From positions 2,528,001-2,592,000 of the forward strand of contig OZ244561.1 of NCBI GenBank assembly GCA_965217585.1: 64,000 bases of DNA, written 5' to 3'. The stretch is from Candidatus Latescibacterota bacterium. GTDB taxonomy: Bacteria; Latescibacterota; UBA2968; UBA8231. Positions within the stretch are counted from its first letter, which is position 1; each line of letters begins with the position of its first letter. The position numbers and the translations under genes are program-made. Positions 58,436-64,000 of the stretch are shown here, piece after piece. Under the pieces are notes generated by a model. The model was not told where the DNA came from. It saw nothing but the letters and a program-made list of their open reading frames with translations, and did no database searches.

Positions 58436-59644
58436 CTATTGATCCTTGAAGATCCCGATGCGGTGATTGGCCATTGACAGGAACCACTCCTCTCCCTCGT
58501 GGTACACCGGTAGATTGCTCGCCAGCTGATCGGGCATGTGGCATTCGGTACAGCGGTCGCCCTGCGCTAATTCGGGCTCTTCAGCGTGGGACTGCTCGTG
58601 ACAGGTCAGGCACTTCCGCGAAAACATCGCGGTCTTGTCCGTCTCGTCTTCGTGTACATTGTGGCAGGTGGAGCACGTCATGCTGCCCGACTCTTCAAAA
58701 CAGCGACTTTCCTGGAGGAACGGCACCTGCCCCCCGTGGACCGACAGCTTCTTCTGCTCCGCTTTCGCGTATATGCGATGCTCTGAGATTTCGTCTCCCG
58801 GACGGAATGACAGCGGCGGCGTTCTCAGAACGCCCTGCCCCGCATGGCACAGGGCGCAGGAAGAGATCTGTTGCGATCGACTCAGGCTGGCCGGGTTGAC
58901 GATGTGTCGGCCCTCCTCTGCTGCCGGGTTCTGCTCGTGGAAAGCAATGTGTTGGGCACCGGGACCGTGGCACTTGGCGCAGCTGATGCCTACCTCGAAG
59001 CTGTCGGGATGAAATCGAAACCCTGCCGGCGAGCCTACCGGCATGGCCGTCGCGGCGTGGCACTCTATGCAGCGTCCGCCGATCGGTCGTTGGTACAGCA
59101 TTCCCAGGCTTTTGTTCGGCAGATCCTCCCACAGAGTGATCCAGTTTTCATAGCCGGGCGCGAGCGTCCAAGTCTCTTCCGGGGTGAAGTACATCCCCGG
59201 CAGCTGGAACAGTCTGTCCCCCTCCCAGAACAGGTAGGTCTGCGCCCGCTCTCCAGAGCCCACCACGACCTGAAGGGGCTTGGTGAATGTCTCTGTCGTG
59301 TCCTTGGTGTACACAGCAGTCTGAAAAAACCCGCCCCTCCTCTCCTCCATCACGAATTGCAGGTCTGGCAGCAGCGTACGCGCGACATTGCGGCCTTCGC
59401 CGAAGTCGCCCATAACGGTCGCCTTGGTGGCGACAGTGGAAGTGAGGTAGTGCCCGGTCTTGACGTAGCTGTCGTAGATCGACCGATGACAGGGTCGGCA
59501 GGCTTCACTCGTGCTCGCCGCTCCCCGGAAAGCGTGAGGCGGGTCGACGGTCCCGTTTGCGAAATAGTTGAAGTAGAGCAGGGCGAAGCTGCCGAGAACC
59601 GCGGCAACCGCAACGGTCAAGCCCCACGCCTTAACACGCTTCAT
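58436..59644 (-). CDS. Multiheme c-type cytochrome (7 CxxCH)
   Basis: CRPCH, CIECH, CAKCH, CALCH, CSTCH, CLTCH, CTECH; N-terminal TM; VVGSG..QTYL. Confidence 0.88.
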   Translation of the reverse strand: MKRVKAWGLTVAVAAVLGSFALLYFNYFANGTVDPPHAFRGAASTSEACRPCHRSIYDSYVKTGHYLTSTVATKATVMGDFGEGRNVARTLLPDLQFVMEERRGGFFQTAVYTKDTTETFTKPLQVVVGSGERAQTYLFWEGDRLFQLPGMYFTPEETWTLAPGYENWITLWEDLPNKSLGMLYQRPIGGRCIECHAATAMPVGSPAGFRFHPDSFEVGISCAKCHGPGAQHIAFHEQNPAAEEGRHIVNPASLSRSQQISSCALCHAGQGVLRTPPLSFRPGDEISEHRIYAKAEQKKLSVHGGQVPFLQESRCFEESGSMTCSTCHNVHEDETDKTAMFSRKCLTCHEQSHAEEPELAQGDRCTECHMPDQLASNLPVYHEGEEWFLSMANHRIGIFKDQ

Positions 59645-59682
59645 AGAAAGACTCCCCGATGACTGCCGAGCGACCGATGTCA

Positions 59683-59862
59683 CTATCTCAGCAGCAGTAG
59701 TTTGCGCGTATCGACCTGCTTCCCTGCCTGCAGCCTGTATATATACACACCACTGGCCAGTTCACGTCCGTGCTGGTCCCGGCCGTCCCACGCGACCGAG
59801 TGATTCCCGGCATCCAAGACCGTGCGCAGCAATCTCCGGGCTTTCTGACCGGCGAGATTGTA
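59683..59862 (-). pseudogene. Orphan C-terminal half of a T9SS-type-A/FlgD-Ig-like sorting domain
   Basis: Unannotated frame YNLAGQKARRLLRTVLDAGNHSVAWDGRDQHGRELASGVYIYRLQAGKQVDTRKLLLLR*; no start of its own. Confidence 0.75.
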
Positions 59863-62042
59863 GGTTTGCCGGCCGTCACCGAGTCCTCAGCGATAAACAA
59901 GGGCGCGTACGAATCCCTCGAGGCCAGATACTCGTTCCACGATGACTCCCCGCCCGTGTCGCCCATCGACCAGAAGTGCATCGCCGTGGCCCCATAGCGC
60001 CAGCTCGTCCACGCCGTAAGTCGGGCCGTGTACGGATCGAAAAGTCGAGTCGCCCACGCCGAATAGAACTCCAACCCGATCCCCTGATCCCGCTTCTGCA
60101 CGTAGTAGTCGCGATAGCCCTGGCCCTCGTTCAGGAAGATCTGACGGTGCGGGGACAACACGTGGCACGCGTCGATCATCGCCTGGTTCGCCTGGTCCAT
60201 GTCCCGGTGGTTCGGATTCTCCCAGATGCGGACCCCCGTATCCGCCTCGCGGATGGCCTGCGCCCACGCCAGAATGCGCTTGTCGTGCTGCGGCTCGCGA
60301 GGCTCATCCACCAGCAACAGCGCCAGCTGTTCCGGCTGCAACCCCTTCGCCACCATATGCTCCGCCCAGAAGGTCACCCACGCCTTCACCGCGGTCGTGA
60401 ATTCCGGCGTGCCCATCGCCCACGACTCGAACTGCGTCCCCACTTTGGCGAACACCAGGTACTGGGCCGCATCCGGCCACAACTCAATCCAAACATCGAA
60501 GTGGTCGGTGTTGGGTGGCGCCGTCATCGCCCCCTGCGCATCGTGCGTGCCCCGCGGCAGCGCCCAGGGTAGGCCCCACGGCGAGTCGACGTAATGTTCG
60601 CGCAGGTGCTCGATGAGCGCCATTCGGTTCTGCTCGGTCACTAGGCGGTGATGCCCCACCTGGTCCGTATAGTCCCAGCCGCCCAGGTGCAGCGACTGCT
60701 TCTCCGGGAAATATAGGGGATATAGGTGCATGCGCAGCGGAAACCGCTGGCTCCCGGGCACCGACTCCACGACGACCTCGCCCTCATACACGCCCGGCGC
60801 CACGTCCACCGGATGGAAGGTCAGCCACACCTGCCGCGTCATGCCCGACGGCACGGAGATCGTATACAGATCGTTCTCGGCAACAACCTCCGGCAGGGCC
60901 GCCGCCACCGGTACCCCCCTCCGGGTGTCCGTCCAAGCCACCTCGTGCACCGTCACATACGCCGGATTGTCGCCGCCGGGCAGCCCGCTCAGGCGGAACG
61001 CTACCTCCATCGGCTCATCGCTACTGTTGCTCACATTGAACGCCGCGGCGCGGTATTCCCGCCGCATCAGATGCACCTCGACGGCCAGTTCCCCCGTCGT
61101 GTCCAGCCGGCCGATGAGCGGCAGTGGATCCCACAGATTCGAACGCCAGAAGGTGAGCGGCTCCAGACCTCTGGCACGCCAGAGCAACGCCTGCGTGCGC
61201 AACAACCGTTCATGCCACGAATTCAGCGGCAGTACGGCCCTAAAACCATCTCCGAACGCCGTGCCGGCCTGCCCCAATGCTCCTTCCACGGCCGCCAGCT
61301 CGCCCAGCACGTCGCCCCGCGTCTCGACCGGGACGCCCTCCTCCTCTGCCGCCCTCCTCAGCGCCTGGATGTCCCGCACCAGGCGCGTCCGAATCCCCGC
61401 CTGGATGCCGATCTGGCCCGCGTACGCCTTCAGATCCGCAATGGCTGGCCCGGGCAGCGGCTCATCGACCCACTCCGGCTCGCCGGCGTAGACCTCGATC
61501 TCGTCGACGAAGATGAACGGCTCGTTCCACACAATCAGGCTGACATAGCGGCCGTGCGTCCGCAACCGGTCCGTCCAGTATCGATGCGTCCCGTACCCCG
61601 TCGCAACGGGCGAGCTGTGTTCCGCGCTCAGTCCCACCAGGTCCCCGATCTCGTGGAATTGCCTGTCCTCACCGGCCGTGAAGATCCGGATCGCCAGCGG
61701 CCACCGCACGTCCGCACGACCCGCCGCCGTATTGAACGAGACACCCCGTATCGGCTGCACCGTACCCAGGTCCAGCGTCACGATCACGGGCTTCTTGTCC
61801 TGCCAGCCCACGGTCGATAGCTGCGTCCAGAAACTCTCCTCCCCTCGAGGGTACACCCCGTCCGTCAGTTGCCTGACATCGGCGGCGTCCGTGCAGTGTT
61901 CATAGTTCGGCACCGGGTCCATCGTGTAGCTCGCCGCCAACGCAATGTTCTCGTCCGGACGGTCCGCCGGACCCGCCTCCGCGTCTTGGGCCCACGCCAG
62001 TGCCCCCATCAACGACGCTACCGCTGCCAATCTCCATCTCAT
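59688..62042 (-). pseudogene. Secreted discoidin + GH123/DUF4091-like protein, C-terminally truncated at ~59863
   Basis: Signal peptide, LTDG..VTLDLG, LLVDEP; similarity to the neighbouring paralogue stops abruptly after DSVTAGK. Confidence 0.65.
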
Positions 62043-62065
62043 CCCTTGGGCCCTCGCTATCCTGA

Positions 62066-64000
62066 TCAGTGCCCGGCCAGCTCCGTCAACGCCGCCAACA
62101 CCTGAATCCGCGCCTCGTCCGCCAGCGTGCGGTCCACTTTCTCGTCCAGCCAGTGAAAGCCGCCTAGGGGCTGGTCGGAGTCGATCCCGCCCCCGTGGCC
62201 CGCCGCATCACAGACACTGGCCGGCAGGCTCTCCAGCAACCGACGGGCCTCCTCCACCTCCGGGCCCGTCCTCCCCTGCGCAGACGCGTTCTCGATCGCC
62301 CGGTCCAACATGGCGAAGTACTCGTAGTCCTGCACTCCTTCCCGCGCCGCCTCAAGGTGTTTCCCGGCCGTCACCGAGTCCTCGTCGATGAACAGTGGCG
62401 AGTACGCATCCTTGAAGGTGAGATACTCGTTCCACGATGACGCTCCGCCCGTGTCGGTCAGCGACCACATGTAGATAGCCGTCGCTCCATAACGCCAGCT
62501 CGTCCACGCCATGAGGCGGCCGGCGTACGGATCGAAGACCCGGCCCGTCCACGCCGCGTAGAACTCCAACCCGATCCCCTGATCCCGCTTCTTCAGGTAG
62601 TAGTCGCGATAGTCCTGGCCCTGTCTCAGGAAGGCCGCGTAGTTCGGGCACAGGACGTGGCACGCATCGATCATCTCCTGATTCGCCCGGTCCATGTCCC
62701 GGTGGTTCGTATCCTCCCAGATGCGGACTCCCGTGTCCGCTTCGCGGATCGGCTTCGCCCACGCCAGAATGCGCTCGTCCATCCACGGCTCGTCAGGTTC
62801 GTCCACCAACAGCAGCGCAAACTGCTCCGGCAGCAACCCCTTCGCCGCCATATGGTCCGCCCAGAACGTCACCCACGCCTTCACCGCGGTCGTGAACTCC
62901 GGCGTGCCCATGGGCCACGACTCGAAGTGATTGCCCACTTTCGCGAAGACGAGGTACTGGGCCGCATCCGGCCACAACTCGATCCAGGCATCGAAGTAGT
63001 CGGTGTCGGGCGGTGCCGTCATCGCTCCCTGCGCATCGTGGGTGCCCCGCGGCAGCGCCAGCTTGAGGGCCCACGGCGAGTCGACGAGATGTTCCCGCAG
63101 GTGCTTGATGATCGGTAACCGGTTCTGCTCTGTCAGAAAGCGGAAGTGACCGATCCGGTCCGTGTAGTCCCATCCGCCCAGGTGAAGCGACTGCTTCTCC
63201 GGGAAGTCCAAGGGATACAGGTGCATGCGCAACGGAAACCGCTTGCCCACCGGCACGGACTCCACGACGACCTCGCCCTCGTGCGTGCCCGGCTCCACAT
63301 CCACCGGATGGAAGGTCAGCCACACCTGCCGCGTCATGCCCGAGGGCACGGAGACCGTATACAGATTGTCGTCATCCGCAGCAACCTCAGGCAGGGCCGC
63401 CGCCACCGGCACCCCCCTCCGGGTGTCCGTCCAAGCCACCTCGTGAACGGTCACATACTCCGGATTGTCGCCCCCCGGAAGCCCGCTCAAGCGAAACATC
63501 ACCTCCATCGGTCCGTCACTGCTGTTGCTCACATTGAACGCCGCCGCGCGGTATTCCTTCCGCATCAGGTGCACCTCGACGGCCGGTTCCGCCGCCATGT
63601 CGGGCATGCCGATGAGGGGAACTGGATCCCACAGATTCGAACGCCAGAACACGAGCGGCTCCAGACCCCTGGCGCGCCACAGCCACGCCTGGGTACGAAA
63701 CATCCGCTCATGCCACGGATTCAGAGGCAGCACGGCCTGAAAGTCATCCCCGAAGGCCGTGGCCAGCCCCAACTCCCCTTCCACAGACGCCAGCTCGCCC
63801 AGCACATCGCCCTGCGTCTGCACCGGGACACCCTCTTCTTCCGCCGCTTCTTTCAGGGCCTGGATGTCCCGCACAAGGCGCGTCCGAATCCCTTTCTGGA
63901 TGGCGATCCGGCGCGCATACTCCTTCACGTCTGCAATGGCCGGCCCCGGCAGCGGCTCATCCACCCACTCCGGCTCTCCCGCGTAGACCTCGATCTCGTC
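62066..64000 (-). CDS. GH123/DUF4091-like glycoside hydrolase paralogue (5'-partial)
   Basis: LLVDEP motif and C-terminal LEAAREGVQDYEYFAML (DUF4091-like); collinear with 59863-61500; frame runs off the window end. Confidence 0.65.
   Translation of the reverse strand, partial: DEIEVYAGEPEWVDEPLPGPAIADVKEYARRIAIQKGIRTRLVRDIQALKEAAEEEGVPVQTQGDVLGELASVEGELGLATAFGDDFQAVLPLNPWHERMFRTQAWLWRARGLEPLVFWRSNLWDPVPLIGMPDMAAEPAVEVHLMRKEYRAAAFNVSNSSDGPMEVMFRLSGLPGGDNPEYVTVHEVAWTDTRRGVPVAAALPEVAADDDNLYTVSVPSGMTRQVWLTFHPVDVEPGTHEGEVVVESVPVGKRFPLRMHLYPLDFPEKQSLHLGGWDYTDRIGHFRFLTEQNRLPIIKHLREHLVDSPWALKLALPRGTHDAQGAMTAPPDTDYFDAWIELWPDAAQYLVFAKVGNHFESWPMGTPEFTTAVKAWVTFWADHMAAKGLLPEQFALLLVDEPDEPWMDERILAWAKPIREADTGVRIWEDTNHRDMDRANQEMIDACHVLCPNYAAFLRQGQDYRDYYLKKRDQGIGLEFYAAWTGRVFDPYAGRLMAWTSWRYGATAIYMWSLTDTGGASSWNEYLTFKDAYSPLFIDEDSVTAGKHLEAAREGVQDYEYFAMLDRAIENASAQGRTGPEVEEARRLLESLPASVCDAAGHGGGIDSDQPLGGFHWLDEKVDRTLADEARIQVLAALTELAGH

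Noticed and set aside
59855-59870. Programmed frameshift attaching the CTD to the hydrolase
   Set aside because: No convincing slippery sequence, and both partners are truncated mid-domain, which fits a deletion better.
59688-64000. Near-duplicate regions as a diversity-generating retroelement TR/VR pair
   Set aside because: The duplication spans whole genes, differences are not visibly adenine-specific, and no reverse transcriptase is present.

Overview
64-kb high-GC bacterial window. The gene content suggests an FCB-group organism, possibly Latescibacterota-like (inference only). No rRNA, tRNA or CRISPR array was seen. (1) 1.9-17.7 kb, all on the minus strand, is a candidate peptide maturation/export locus: NarL-type regulator, 6-bladed beta-propeller, 74-aa Cys/Trp-rich peptide, CxxC redoxin, BtrH/C39-like cysteine peptidase, MFP and two RND permeases. 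Three IS elements sit inside it. One splits the redoxin, which can be rebuilt exactly from the 19-bp TIRs and 9-bp target duplication. (2) 18-35 kb holds a TA/Uma2 islet whose PIN toxin carries a nonsense codon, housekeeping genes (ogt, gap, MscS, MntR-like) and a catabolic run (M20 peptidase, PhyH, Ldh_2, DUF6785-like transporter, two GH-like propellers). (3) 37-64 kb is a cell-surface block: four paralogous large secreted proteins with a shared FTPNGDG.ND/FlgD-Ig C-terminal domain ending in V-x-Y, a putative outer-membrane barrel, a PPIase lipoprotein, two CBM9-like paralogues (one with an SWGRIK tail), CRTAC1/TPR/7-heme cytochrome genes and tandem GH123/DUF4091-like genes. One of the tandem copies is truncated and fused out of frame to a hidden T9SS-type-A-like C-terminal domain. 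All family assignments come from motif recognition, not database searches.
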